This document shows positions 47,062 to 57,077 of a stretch of DNA of 64,000 nucleotides, in pieces. Every line of letters begins with the position of its first letter. Position 1 is the first letter of the stretch. Below the pieces are notes generated by a model that made no database searches, was not told the origin of the DNA, and saw only the letters and a program-made list of their open reading frames with translations. Source of the stretch: a virus; IMG/VR virus record IMGVR_UViG_3300011114_000356, positions 2,275 to 66,274 of that record, one strand, 5' to 3'. The translations under genes were made by a program, and so were the position numbers.

Positions 47062-47604
47062 TTATGCTCCCCTTACCATTACGCCTGAAAAATTACTAGT
47101 TATATTAGTTCCAGTAACAAAATTTCCACCACTATTTTGATATAAATAAATCTCAACATAATCAGTAGATCCATTTAGATAAACTAAATTTGATATAGTA
47201 AAATATGTTCCGCCTACTGCTGTACTTCCAATTTTATTCCAAGCTCCATTTTTATAAATACCTATTACATTATTAGTTCCAGTTGTACCTGAAGTTGAAT
47301 TAAATCCAGCAGATATTTGATAATATCCAGCTACAGTTGGTGTAAAACGACTTGAAGCATAATTGTTGTTGGTGTCAAATTCTTCAGTATCAAATAATAT
47401 TTTTGTAAATGTTGCTGTTGCAACAGTTGTTCCTGTTCCAGCATAAGCACTAAACGCTGGACCTGTTCCATTTGCAAATGTATTTGCTGAAGTTAAAACC
47501 GTGCCACTCGTTGTTGGCAAAGTAAGCGTAGTTGACCCTGCTACTGCGGGTGCAGCTATAATCACTGAACCAGAGGTGTCTCCAGCAATACTAATTGACG
47601 ACAT
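47062..47604 (-). CDS. C1q-like domain tail adhesin
   Basis: PAFSAY..FDTEEFDT..FTPTVAGYYQ..YLNGSTDYVEIY. Confidence 0.75.
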   Translation of the reverse strand: MSSISIAGDTSGSVIIAAPAVAGSTTLTLPTTSGTVLTSANTFANGTGPAFSAYAGTGTTVATATFTKILFDTEEFDTNNNYASSRFTPTVAGYYQISAGFNSTSGTTGTNNVIGIYKNGAWNKIGSTAVGGTYFTISNLVYLNGSTDYVEIYLYQNSGGNFVTGTNITSNFSGVMVRGA

Positions 47605-48361
47605 TGTTTATTCCTTTATGCACATAAAATTCTTTTGGTACTGGTTTATTAGCTTTAGCATATGCTTCTAAACAAACCTTATTTACTTCTTCAGGTGATG
47701 AAAATCTACCCAATGTAATACGTTTACCATTAATTGTTATTCTAGCACGATATGTTTTAGCACCAGAACACTTATCAAAATGCCATCTTTTCATTGTAGG
47801 TTTGCCTCCTACAGTATGACATACTGGGCATTCAACTAGCTCATGTTTGTATCCAGTTAAAGCTAATGATCTGTTTTGTTTTGCTGCTTCAGATTGTTTT
47901 GTCCCAAGTTTTCTTTGGCTCATAATCTGCTTTGTATGTTCAGACATTTGCTTATTTTTATTCCATGGTATAACACCTTCAATAAACCTAGTATTCTTAC
48001 CACCTTTAACTAATACATCATTTTGTTTTTTACGTATTTCTGGGTTAAGATTAGAAGCTCCATCTCCACCATCTGTGGAATTAACTAATATTCCAATTTT
48101 AATATCTCTTCTACCATACTTAGCTATATATTCTTGTTCAATTAACTTAGCAAATTCATCAGTAATATTTTCAATTATCTTTTTAATAATAGGTTGTTTG
48201 CCAGCATCTAATAATTTTTTAATGATTCTAATACGCCATAAATGTAGATTACGACCAGCCTTAGCCTCACATAAATGTACACGTGATCTTCTTCCAGTAC
48301 CTTTTCCTACATAAAAAGGTGTTCCATCTGGATAGCTATATGTGTAAACATAATAATTCAT
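47591..48361 (-). CDS. free-standing GIY-YIG-type homing endonuclease (NUMOD3, AP2-like C-terminus)
   Basis: YVY..PFYVGKG..R..E..N.TDGGDG; PWNK NUMOD3; YRARITINGKRITLGRF. Confidence 0.8.
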   Translation of the reverse strand: MNYYVYTYSYPDGTPFYVGKGTGRRSRVHLCEAKAGRNLHLWRIRIIKKLLDAGKQPIIKKIIENITDEFAKLIEQEYIAKYGRRDIKIGILVNSTDGGDGASNLNPEIRKKQNDVLVKGGKNTRFIEGVIPWNKNKQMSEHTKQIMSQRKLGTKQSEAAKQNRSLALTGYKHELVECPVCHTVGGKPTMKRWHFDKCSGAKTYRARITINGKRITLGRFSSPEEVNKVCLEAYAKANKPVPKEFYVHKGINNVVN

Positions 48362-48574
48362 CTACAGGACAACCCATTTGCTTCCGCTGGGGATAGTTAT
48401 TGCCACAGAAGAATTTATCGTAAGTGGGCCGACTGACATTGCCGAAGACCCTGCTGTTATCGTATAACTTGTTGTCACTGTTCTTGTGTTTTCATAAAGA
48501 GGTACAGTAGGTGCTAACACTGTCACGTTAGAACTTGTACCGATCATTGTATTTTGGACTGTTGTTAATGGCAT
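48362..48574 (-). CDS. small tail hub/adaptor protein
   Basis: C-terminus matches the C-terminus of 52922-55438 (SYTI..S.AMS.GP..S.W/Y.V.). Confidence 0.7.
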   Translation of the reverse strand: MPLTTVQNTMIGTSSNVTVLAPTVPLYENTRTVTTSYTITAGSSAMSVGPLTINSSVAITIPSGSKWVVL

Positions 48575-48583
48575 GATTTATCC

Positions 48584-49735
48584 TTATGCTGCTGTATATG
48601 TCCCTGATGAAGTAAATCTAATAATTGTATTAGAACCTGATGTTGTAATTGCAGGTGAACCTGTAGTTATACCTGTGTATGCTGTAGTTGGTATTGATAA
48701 AATAACTACGCCTGAACCTCCCGCTGCACCAATTCCATCAAATGTGCCTCCACCTCCACCACCGCCACCTGTATTAACAGTTCCAGCAACTGCCGCTGCA
48801 CTACCAGTACCTCCAGTACCCCCACCTCCAGTACCACCAGTACCACCAGTTGAACCATTAGTACATCCACCTCCACCGCCAGCATATGTAACAGATGAAC
48901 CTGTAATAGAAGAAGCCGTACCATTTCCGCCATTACCAGCAGTATTTTGAGGTGAACCAGATCCACCAGCTGCACTAGCTCCACCACCACCAGCACCATA
49001 ACCATTACTGTTGGAAGAAATTGCTGATGGATTACCACCTGCATTACCTTGTCCTGAAGTGCCTGCTCCACCACTTTGAGTTGATGTTGTACCAATAGAG
49101 TTTCTCCATGCACCGCCACCGCCTCCAGATCCTCCAGAAGCGCCAGATGATCCTATTGCAGATCCTCCTGATGATTGTGCATAACCACCACCACCACCAC
49201 CAATTGCTGTTTGTGTTGAAAACCCTGAACCACTTAATACAGAATTTGATCCTGCATTACCAACTTGAGAGCCTGATGTTACACCTCCACCTGCTCCTAC
49301 AGTAGCTGTATAAACAGTACTAGAACCCCCTGATAATGAAACAGATCCAGTTAATAGTCCACCTGCACCGCCACCACCGCCAAGTGATGAACCTCCACCA
49401 CCTCCACCAGCAACAACTAAATAAGTCATTGTATAAGTATTACCAGCCGTACCAGCATTAACCCAACCACCAACAGGATTATAAGCTTCTATCTGTCCAG
49501 TCGTTGTATTATATCCAATCGTTCCAGTAGGAGGAGAAGAAGGCCTTGTTGCAGTCGTCCAAGTACCATTAATAACTTCCCAAGCCGAGCCATTATAAAC
49601 TTCTAATGTTGTAAATGTTGAGTTATATCCCATCTGCCCTGTAATAGGCGAAGTTGGACGAGTAGCGGTTGTCCATGTAGATATGGACGTTCCTCCGTTA
49701 GAACCTAGTGCAGATAGATTTACAGCGTATGTCAT
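48584..49735 (-). CDS. glycine-rich tail adhesin
   Basis: YLVVAGGGGGG..GSGVVILS; paralog of 50108-51130. Confidence 0.75.
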   Translation of the reverse strand: MTYAVNLSALGSNGGTSISTWTTATRPTSPITGQMGYNSTFTTLEVYNGSAWEVINGTWTTATRPSSPPTGTIGYNTTTGQIEAYNPVGGWVNAGTAGNTYTMTYLVVAGGGGGGSSLGGGGGAGGLLTGSVSLSGGSSTVYTATVGAGGGVTSGSQVGNAGSNSVLSGSGFSTQTAIGGGGGGYAQSSGGSAIGSSGASGGSGGGGGAWRNSIGTTSTQSGGAGTSGQGNAGGNPSAISSNSNGYGAGGGGASAAGGSGSPQNTAGNGGNGTASSITGSSVTYAGGGGGCTNGSTGGTGGTGGGGTGGTGSAAAVAGTVNTGGGGGGGGTFDGIGAAGGSGVVILSIPTTAYTGITTGSPAITTSGSNTIIRFTSSGTYTAA

Positions 49736-49738
49736 GTA

Positions 49739-50089
49739 TTATCCTAAATTAACTTCTTTCCAATTAATTAACTCTTCATCCCATAAATATCTTTTACCAT
49801 CATCTGGCATAGGCACTGGTGCTTCCCATAACCAAGTTGACTCATTGAGAACCCAAGAGTCATAAGGTTTAGGGGCATAGAATACATCGTTAGTTGCGTC
49901 ATATGTATAACCAATTCCTGCGTAGTTACCTCTTAAAGGTCTACCTTCTGGATGTTGATTACCATGCGTATTATAGCTTGTTTGAATCCAAGTACCAGGA
50001 CTTGAATCTACGAATGTATCAAAAAATTCTGGTTCAGCCACGATGACCTGTGTAACTTTACCGTCTACTACTTTTGCAAAATGTGACAT
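49739..50089 (-). CDS. partner protein of glycine-rich adhesin
   Basis: MSHFAKV..WIQTSYN..RGNYAGIGY..WEAPVPMP. Confidence 0.75.
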   Translation of the reverse strand: MSHFAKVVDGKVTQVIVAEPEFFDTFVDSSPGTWIQTSYNTHGNQHPEGRPLRGNYAGIGYTYDATNDVFYAPKPYDSWVLNESTWLWEAPVPMPDDGKRYLWDEELINWKEVNLG

Positions 50090-50107
50090 TGTTGTCTCCT
50101 TTAAAAA

Positions 50108-51130
50108 TTAAGCTGTATATGTGCCTGAGGCAGTAAATCTAATTATAGTATTTGATCCAGATGTTGTAATTGTAGGGCTTCCTGTTGTAGTTCCAGTATA
50201 GTTTGCGGTTGGTACGGATAAAATTACTACACCAGAACCACCAGCTCCACCTGTTTGAGTAGCTGCACTATTAGCAGATGCACCACCTCCACCTCCACCT
50301 GTGTTTGCGGTTCCAGCACTTCCGTTGCTATTTGGAGCATTTGAATTACCACCGCCTCCAGTACCACCAGAACCTGGAGTTCCTGGAATATAAATACCAC
50401 CACCACCTCCGCCAGCATATGTGACTGATGATCCCGTAATAGAAGAAGCTGTACCATTTCCACCATTACCTCCAACAGAGCTTGTACCTGTGCCTCCAAC
50501 CGCACTTGCTCCACCGCCACCTCCTCCACCGCCAGCAGATGCTCCACTTGTTCCTACTCCACCTGCATTCCCTTGACCAGATGTTCCTGAACCTCCTAAA
50601 TAAATAGTTCCGCCAACACCGCCACCACCTGACCCGCCAGATAAACCATTACCAATTACTGAGCCTTCTTTACCACCACCGCCTCCACCAATTGAGGTTA
50701 TAGTAGTTAATCCTGACCCAGCAATAGAAGAATTTGACCCAGAAGTTCCTTGTCCTCCAGAAACTCCACTACCTCCAGCACCTACAGTTGCAGTATATGT
50801 TACCCCGACAGTAAAAGTAGCTGTACCAGTTAATAATCCACCAGCTCCACCGCCACCCGCTCCAGTAGAGTTGCCAGACATACCACCGCCCGCACCTCCT
50901 CCTGCTACAGATAAATAAGTAACTGAATATACATTTCCAGAAGTACCAGCATTAGCCCATATTGCAGATGTAGCGTTATAAACTTCAATTTGACCTGTCG
51001 TTGTATTATAACCAATCTGTCCAGTCACAGGGCTTGACGGGCGTGTACCTGTAGTCCAAGTAGCAATAGCTAACCCTGTAGAACTATCTAGTGTACTTGC
51101 TCCTGCGGTTCCTGTAAGTATGAGTGCCAT
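50108..51130 (-). CDS. glycine-rich tail adhesin
   Basis: YLSVAGGGAGG..IIRFTASGTYTA. Confidence 0.75.
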   Translation of the reverse strand: MALILTGTAGASTLDSSTGLAIATWTTGTRPSSPVTGQIGYNTTTGQIEVYNATSAIWANAGTSGNVYSVTYLSVAGGGAGGGMSGNSTGAGGGGAGGLLTGTATFTVGVTYTATVGAGGSGVSGGQGTSGSNSSIAGSGLTTITSIGGGGGGKEGSVIGNGLSGGSGGGGVGGTIYLGGSGTSGQGNAGGVGTSGASAGGGGGGGGASAVGGTGTSSVGGNGGNGTASSITGSSVTYAGGGGGGIYIPGTPGSGGTGGGGNSNAPNSNGSAGTANTGGGGGGASANSAATQTGGAGGSGVVILSVPTANYTGTTTGSPTITTSGSNTIIRFTASGTYTA

Positions 51131-51133
51131 TAA

Positions 51134-51403
51134 TTATCCTTTAGGGTACTTTTCTTTTACTGCTAAACAAGCATCTATGTAAGCTTGCACTTGTGCGTTA
51201 TCGCCTTTTACAATACCGTCTATGTAGTCTGTAATAGGTGGATATTCTACTGCACGTTTTTCTTTGTATGCTTCAGATGCTACTAGAGCTTCTACAGCGT
51301 TATTATCGTATATGACTTCTTTTCCGTCTTTGTCGTATGCAACATCATCAACTGTTTTAGTTACATTTGGATAAAGTTTATATATAGCTGAATGTTTATT
51401 CAT
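51134..51403 (-). CDS. tail adhesin partner protein
   Basis: YKEKRAVEYPPI..VKEKYPK. Confidence 0.7.
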   Translation of the reverse strand: MNKHSAIYKLYPNVTKTVDDVAYDKDGKEVIYDNNAVEALVASEAYKEKRAVEYPPITDYIDGIVKGDNAQVQAYIDACLAVKEKYPKG

Positions 51404-52014
51404 TATCCTTTAATCTCCATAAGTATTAATGTGCTTCCTAAAGCAGGGCTTGCACCAAAATTATTAATAAAGACTTGAGCAACATTAGAAACTGAAGCTA
51501 ACTGTATTTTATATGTAATCGCAGATGTTGTAGATGGAGAGTCTAAATTAACTGCAGATATTGTGCCTACATCAACTTGAGCATTTGCACCATAGTCAGT
51601 ACTACGACCAGTTTCAGTTGAAAATACATTAATTGCTGTTGAATCTCTTAATAATCGTAATCCAATTTTTGTATTTCCTGTATTTTTTCCTGTGCCTTCT
51701 ATAGTAGAGAATATTAAAATTCTATTAGCTGAAGATGAAGGAGTAATAGTTGCGCTTAATCCTATGTCTGAATAAGTTGATGATGATGTAGTTACAAACG
51801 AGTTAAGTGTTCCTTGCACTACTTGCAACACACTTCCTGTTGGCAAAGAAGATGAAGAAATAGAACCAGATAATTGGCTTGTAAGAATTGTACTTGCACT
51901 TGTCAATACAGTCCCACTTGTTGTAGGCAGGGTGAGCGTAGTTGTACCTGATACTGCTGGTGCAGATAAGGTTACAGTTCCTGATGTATCGCCTGCGACT
52001 ACTATGCTTGCCAT
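51403..52014 (-). CDS. tail adhesin
   Basis: GSVLQVVQ..DSPSTTSAITYKIQ..LMEI; N-terminus shared with 47062-47604. Confidence 0.75.
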   Translation of the reverse strand: MASIVVAGDTSGTVTLSAPAVSGTTTLTLPTTSGTVLTSASTILTSQLSGSISSSSLPTGSVLQVVQGTLNSFVTTSSSTYSDIGLSATITPSSSANRILIFSTIEGTGKNTGNTKIGLRLLRDSTAINVFSTETGRSTDYGANAQVDVGTISAVNLDSPSTTSAITYKIQLASVSNVAQVFINNFGASPALGSTLILMEIKG

Positions 52015-52015
52015 G

Positions 52016-52912
52016 TTATTTAGCCTCCAATGTTTCTATTCTTGCTTTTAGGTCGTTGATGATGGTTTGTTGTTCTTTAATAGCTGCTGTTAAAAGTGGA
52101 ATAATATCTGTATATTGAACTCCTAGTGTTTTTTGTTCATCATTTTGAATATCTATAGCCTCTGGAAAAACTTTTTGAATATCTTGAGCAATTAAAAAAG
52201 AACGACTTTTATTTTCATCATCTGTTTTAAATCTACCTGTAACAGTTCTCAATGTAGATACTTTTTCTAAAGCATTTTCTATAGGTTTTAAATTAGTTTT
52301 TAATCTTTCATCTGAATTTGCTGTCCAAGATGTATTTCCACTTGTTAAATATACACCAACAGTACTTGCATTCCAAATTCTAAAATTTGACGCACTAAAT
52401 ACTATTCCTTCTGACCCAGAATTACCAGTTAAAGTAACAGAAGTTCCAACAGTTAATCCTTTGCTAAAAGTTGCATTATTTGTAGCAGAACCAACAGATG
52501 TGTTTGTCGTAGTTCCTACCAACACATTACCACTAGAGTCTATACGCATACGTTCTGTGTTGTTAGTCCAAAACTGCATAGAAGAATTTAAAACATTGTT
52601 TAAAACAACTTCATTTGCATTTGCATAATTTTGATAAAGTTGACCACCAAATGTTGTTCTGTCATAAAAACTTATTTGAGAATAATTTGATGCTGAAACA
52701 GTTTGTAATGATAATTGCCCTCTTGAAGCCGTATTATCTTTTACAATATTTAATGTATTTGCAGGACTACTAGTACCAATCCCTACATTCTGTGATGTAT
52801 CTATAGTGACTGCTGTAGTTCCTGTTGTTTGAAGTTGCAATACGCCACTAGAGTCGCCTGTAGAGACTATGCCACCGAAACCAGAATTACTTGCGTTTAT
52901 TTGAGATGCCAA
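52016..52912 (-). CDS. tail fibre with intramolecular chaperone (peptidase S74) domain
   Basis: SDERLK..IAQDIQKVFPE..AIKEQQ..L..RIE.LE. Confidence 0.85.
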   Translation of the reverse strand: MASQINASNSGFGGIVSTGDSSGVLQLQTTGTTAVTIDTSQNVGIGTSSPANTLNIVKDNTASRGQLSLQTVSASNYSQISFYDRTTFGGQLYQNYANANEVVLNNVLNSSMQFWTNNTERMRIDSSGNVLVGTTTNTSVGSATNNATFSKGLTVGTSVTLTGNSGSEGIVFSASNFRIWNASTVGVYLTSGNTSWTANSDERLKTNLKPIENALEKVSTLRTVTGRFKTDDENKSRSFLIAQDIQKVFPEAIDIQNDEQKTLGVQYTDIIPLLTAAIKEQQTIINDLKARIETLEAK

Positions 52913-52921
52913 TTTTTATCC

Positions 52922-55438
52922 TTAAATAACTATATATCTACTACCCGCTGAAACCGTTACTGTAACACCTGAAGCTGCAGTTACAGGACCCGTGCTCATA
53001 GCATTACTTCCTACAGGAATTGTATATGAAGCTGTGATTGTTTTACTATTTACAATTATACCATTAGTTGCATTAATTACAGCCCCAGTTCCTGTCGTAG
53101 TGGTAGGTAGACCTAAGTAACGACATGAGATATTATTAGTACCTAATGGTGGTGCTGTTGAGAATGTTAATGTTGTACCCGCTACTGTGTAATTACCTGG
53201 GTCTTGAACCACACCAGATATAGCTACAACAACTGATTGTGAGTTAGCTGGAGTAACAGACATAATAAATGCTGTTTGTGAGCCTGTACCACTAAATGTA
53301 TCATATGATATAGCAGCTGCAGTATTAGCTGCGCCAAAGGCTACCACTTCAATCACATCACCTGCATTAGCGCCAGTAGCTAAAACAATCGTAGTACCAT
53401 TAGATGCTGTGTAATCAGCAATAGCTAATTTAACACCGTTTCTATAAACTTCTACTAAACCTACAGTATATGTGACTGTAAAGGTTGTTTGGCCAGCAGT
53501 CGCTGTAAAGTCTGTGACTACAAATGAAGCACCAGAAGATGTGCTTGCTGCCCAAGATGGAACGCCTGAAGCTAAAGTAAGTATTTGTCCGTTAGTTCCT
53601 GCAGGTAATTTAGATAATGTATTTGTAGCTGAGGCATAAAGAATATCACCAGTCGTATAGGTTGTAATGTTTGTACCGCCATTAGCAACTGGAAGTGTTC
53701 CTGATACATGAGTTGTTAAACCAATCTTACCCCATGAAGGATCTGCACCCACACCGCCTGAAATTAAAGCATTACCTGTAGCAACATCTGCTAATTTACC
53801 TAATGTGTTTGCAGCTGTAGCATAAACAAGATCACCTTGAGTATAAGTAGTTAATCCTGTACCACCTGATGTAGGTCCTAATGTACCTGCTAATGTTACT
53901 GCACCACTTGTAGCAGTTGAAGGTGTTAATCCACTTAATGATGTTTGGAATGTTGATACACTAGATGACGGAGTAGACCATGCTGGAATACCACCTGATA
54001 CTGTAAGAACTTGTCCTGTAGAACCAATACCTAGTTTAGCTAATGTGTTTGTAGCACTTGCATATATTACATCACCTGTTGTATATGATGTTAATGCTGT
54101 ACCGCCTTGAGTAGTAGGTACTGTACCAGTTACAGATGAGAATGGAATAGTGGTAGATGCAGTAAATGCACCTGTACCATTACCATAAACATAACCTGTT
54201 AAAGTAGTAGTACCTGTACCGCCTGCTGCAACGGGTAGAGTACCTGCTGCTAGAGCTGAACTTGATGTAGAATAAATAGCATTATTTGCACCAGCAAATG
54301 TAGTTAATCCTGTACCACCGTATGCTGTACCAATGGTATTACCATTCCATGTAGCATTAGTGATTGTAGCTCCGCCAAAGTTAGCAGTAGCTGTACTAAA
54401 ATCATAACTAGATGGTAAATAACTATAAGCTCTCCATGTGCCTGCAGAAGTACTATTATCAGTTAATACTAAAACAGAAGAACCACCAGTAACAGTTGTA
54501 TCAAGCGTTGTAGATGCATTATCTGTAATAGTAACTGCACCTGTTGAATTATTAGATATTGTAAATGCTAAACCTTTATAAAGCGTTGTAGCATTAGGAA
54601 GACGAATAGTTTGAGTTGTTGTGCCTACAACTTGTTGCCACGCAGAAGAAGCGTTTGTTAGTACTGTAGTGCCTGCTGCCGCAGTAATTGTAGTAAAGCC
54701 CAAATAAACGTTGTTAGCATATAAAGTACCAATACCAGGATCAGCATATCCACCTAATGAAACACCACCTGAATTAAAGATGGTCATAGCATCAGTAGTA
54801 CTACTATTAGTTACAAAGTGAACATTATATGCACCATATGTACCAATAGTTAGATCTGTAGATGCTGACGCTAAATATGAAGCACCAGCAATATTAAATG
54901 AGCCAGTACCTGTAAAGGTAGATGAGTTAATACCTAATTCAGCATACCCCGTAGTTGATGTTGCAGCATCATTGGATACATTAAAGTTAGATGATGCATT
55001 AGTTGCAGTACTTTTATTTTGAACAATAACTTGGTTGTAGCCTGCAACTGTAGATGCAAAAGAACCAACAATACCTGTATCTGAATAACCTAATGTAGAG
55101 CCAATAGTAGCTACACCATTAGCATCATAATTAATAGATTGAGAAGCTGGGTATGTAACAAATACAGAAGCTGTATTGCCAGCCAATGTAATAGGGGATG
55201 TAGTGCCAGATGAGTTAGATAAAACTGTAGTACGAGCTAAAGTACCCGCACCTACGGTACCAACACCTGTTTCCCAAGCTTGAGCTACATTATCATAAAT
55301 TGTATAAAATGTAGTGTTACCATTTCCTATAGAGCTTGAAAATGCTTGATAACCAGGAACAGCACCTAAAAGTGTTAAGGTTCCAGTTCCACTGGTAGTT
55401 GTCGTTTCTTGTACTCTATCTTTAAGAACTAATGCCAT
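52922..55438 (-). CDS. major tail fibre
   Basis: 838 aa T/G/S-rich; repeated GGTG..Y..GD..YA..NTL.KL units. Confidence 0.8.
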   Translation of the reverse strand: MALVLKDRVQETTTTSGTGTLTLLGAVPGYQAFSSSIGNGNTTFYTIYDNVAQAWETGVGTVGAGTLARTTVLSNSSGTTSPITLAGNTASVFVTYPASQSINYDANGVATIGSTLGYSDTGIVGSFASTVAGYNQVIVQNKSTATNASSNFNVSNDAATSTTGYAELGINSSTFTGTGSFNIAGASYLASASTDLTIGTYGAYNVHFVTNSSTTDAMTIFNSGGVSLGGYADPGIGTLYANNVYLGFTTITAAAGTTVLTNASSAWQQVVGTTTQTIRLPNATTLYKGLAFTISNNSTGAVTITDNASTTLDTTVTGGSSVLVLTDNSTSAGTWRAYSYLPSSYDFSTATANFGGATITNATWNGNTIGTAYGGTGLTTFAGANNAIYSTSSSALAAGTLPVAAGGTGTTTLTGYVYGNGTGAFTASTTIPFSSVTGTVPTTQGGTALTSYTTGDVIYASATNTLAKLGIGSTGQVLTVSGGIPAWSTPSSSVSTFQTSLSGLTPSTATSGAVTLAGTLGPTSGGTGLTTYTQGDLVYATAANTLGKLADVATGNALISGGVGADPSWGKIGLTTHVSGTLPVANGGTNITTYTTGDILYASATNTLSKLPAGTNGQILTLASGVPSWAASTSSGASFVVTDFTATAGQTTFTVTYTVGLVEVYRNGVKLAIADYTASNGTTIVLATGANAGDVIEVVAFGAANTAAAISYDTFSGTGSQTAFIMSVTPANSQSVVVAISGVVQDPGNYTVAGTTLTFSTAPPLGTNNISCRYLGLPTTTTGTGAVINATNGIIVNSKTITASYTIPVGSNAMSTGPVTAASGVTVTVSAGSRYIVI

Positions 55439-56016
55439 TAATTATTCTCCAAAAGCTCTTTACGCCAAGTATAACCCTTATGAGTTGAAGATAGTTGTTT
55501 GGCACATCTATAAACGTGGGTAGAAGTAAATTTTGCTTTTTTTATAGCTTCTTTACCAATAAGAATAATTATTTCACTAGTATCCACATTTGTTCCAATA
55601 AATTTATATTTAGCTTTAGCTAGTCTTTGTTTTTGTTTAGTTTCTTCAGAATGTTTTCTGCCAAGCCAATATTTATTATTTAAGTTAGCTATCCCTTGTT
55701 TACTTTTTATTTCTTCAGACCAAGGTTTTCCTTTGTTCCATGGGGTCATTCCAAGAGAACCTTCACCTCCCCAAGTCATATTACATAATTTTTCACCAGA
55801 ATCTCTATAAAACTTTATAAGTTTAATCTCGTGAATAAATGCTTCTGGTTCGGAAAGGCCTTTAGCTATAATTTTAATTACTGGTTTTCCATATTTATTA
55901 ACAATATGTTTCCAATAACTATTTCTACTTTTTAATGAATAGGCTCTTCTACCATGGCCTTTACCAATATAAAAAAGCCTACCTTCAGGCGTATAATGGG
56001 CGTATGTATAATACAT
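55438..56016 (-). CDS. free-standing GIY-YIG-type homing endonuclease (NUMOD3/NUMOD1)
   Basis: YTY..FYIGKG..R..E..N.TWGGEG; GRKHSEETK; HKGYTW. Confidence 0.8.
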   Translation of the reverse strand: MYYTYAHYTPEGRLFYIGKGHGRRAYSLKSRNSYWKHIVNKYGKPVIKIIAKGLSEPEAFIHEIKLIKFYRDSGEKLCNMTWGGEGSLGMTPWNKGKPWSEEIKSKQGIANLNNKYWLGRKHSEETKQKQRLAKAKYKFIGTNVDTSEIIILIGKEAIKKAKFTSTHVYRCAKQLSSTHKGYTWRKELLENN

Positions 56017-56030
56017 AAAACCCTTATAAA

Positions 56031-56642
56031 TTAAGAAGTAGCTGTTGTACTATAAGTTACTGAAACTGTATCGCCAGCTGTTGTAACTTTAGCAGTAGAG
56101 AAAGCACCTGCAGAATACAATGTACCACCAGTATTATTTTGTGTGTTTACAGCACCAGAACCTAATACCAAGAAGCAACCACCTACTGTGCCACCACCAC
56201 CTGTAATAGTGTATGTAATTGCTGCTGCTGCTGATGTAGTTACGTTTGATGGTGTTGATCCAGTTGATGTTGCTGAAGCAAACACTGCTGTACCACGTAC
56301 TGCTGAACCACCTACTGTGTAGTTAGTAAATTCTGTCCATCCAGCGTGTGATAACATTGTGTCTGAACCAGTACCAAATGTTGGTGATGCACCTGAAATA
56401 AGACCTAAAAATGGGCCAGTTACAGAATATGTAGATCCTTTTAATAAAGTATCTAACATAAGTTGTTTACCGACTGCATTTACTAAATTAGGGAATGATT
56501 CTTCCCATTTTAAATTACCATCTTGGTCACGGCATTCAACGTGATAGTGGCCTTCAATACCTAATGTTTCATTGGCTACGGCACCAGCATTTAGCGTGAT
56601 GGTTGCTTGATCACCAAATCCACCTTGTTCTTTTTGAATCAT
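56031..56642 (-). CDS. virion structural protein
   Basis: NLVNAVGK..GTLYSAG..GDTVSVTY. Confidence 0.65.
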   Translation of the reverse strand: MIQKEQGGFGDQATITLNAGAVANETLGIEGHYHVECRDQDGNLKWEESFPNLVNAVGKQLMLDTLLKGSTYSVTGPFLGLISGASPTFGTGSDTMLSHAGWTEFTNYTVGGSAVRGTAVFASATSTGSTPSNVTTSAAAAITYTITGGGGTVGGCFLVLGSGAVNTQNNTGGTLYSAGAFSTAKVTTAGDTVSVTYSTTATS

Positions 56643-56651
56643 AATAACTCC

Positions 56652-57077
56652 TTAACTTATTCTTAAAATGGCACTTGTTGAATTTGCCGTTGGAAATTGC
56701 ACTGTGAAACTAGATGTTGCTGTTTTATCAGAGCCAAAATTTAATACAAAAACTGCTGCATTTGTAGTGCTATTATAAACTAAAGCACCCCTGCAAGTAA
56801 AATTTGCTGGGCTCCAAGTGACATTGGAGAAAGATACATATGCTGTATTATTTTCTGTATCTGAAAGTATTGTGGTTGGGGTCAAAGTAATGCCTCCAGC
56901 CGTGTATCCTGAGCCCGTAACCTCATTTGTTGTGGTGTAGGCTGTGGTAGTATCATCTAAGTCTGCTAATGCGTTATAGAGGGCTATTTTGTACGTATAT
57001 GGCGTACCTGTATTAAAGTTTTCTAACCCTTTAAGCATATTAGATTTAAAGACTGTACAAGCGGTTTGAACTATCAT
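56652..57077 (-). CDS. virion structural protein
   Basis: YKIALY..NEVTGSGYTAGG..FTVQFP. Confidence 0.65.
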   Translation of the reverse strand: MIVQTACTVFKSNMLKGLENFNTGTPYTYKIALYNALADLDDTTTAYTTTNEVTGSGYTAGGITLTPTTILSDTENNTAYVSFSNVTWSPANFTCRGALVYNSTTNAAVFVLNFGSDKTATSSFTVQFPTANSTSAILRIS

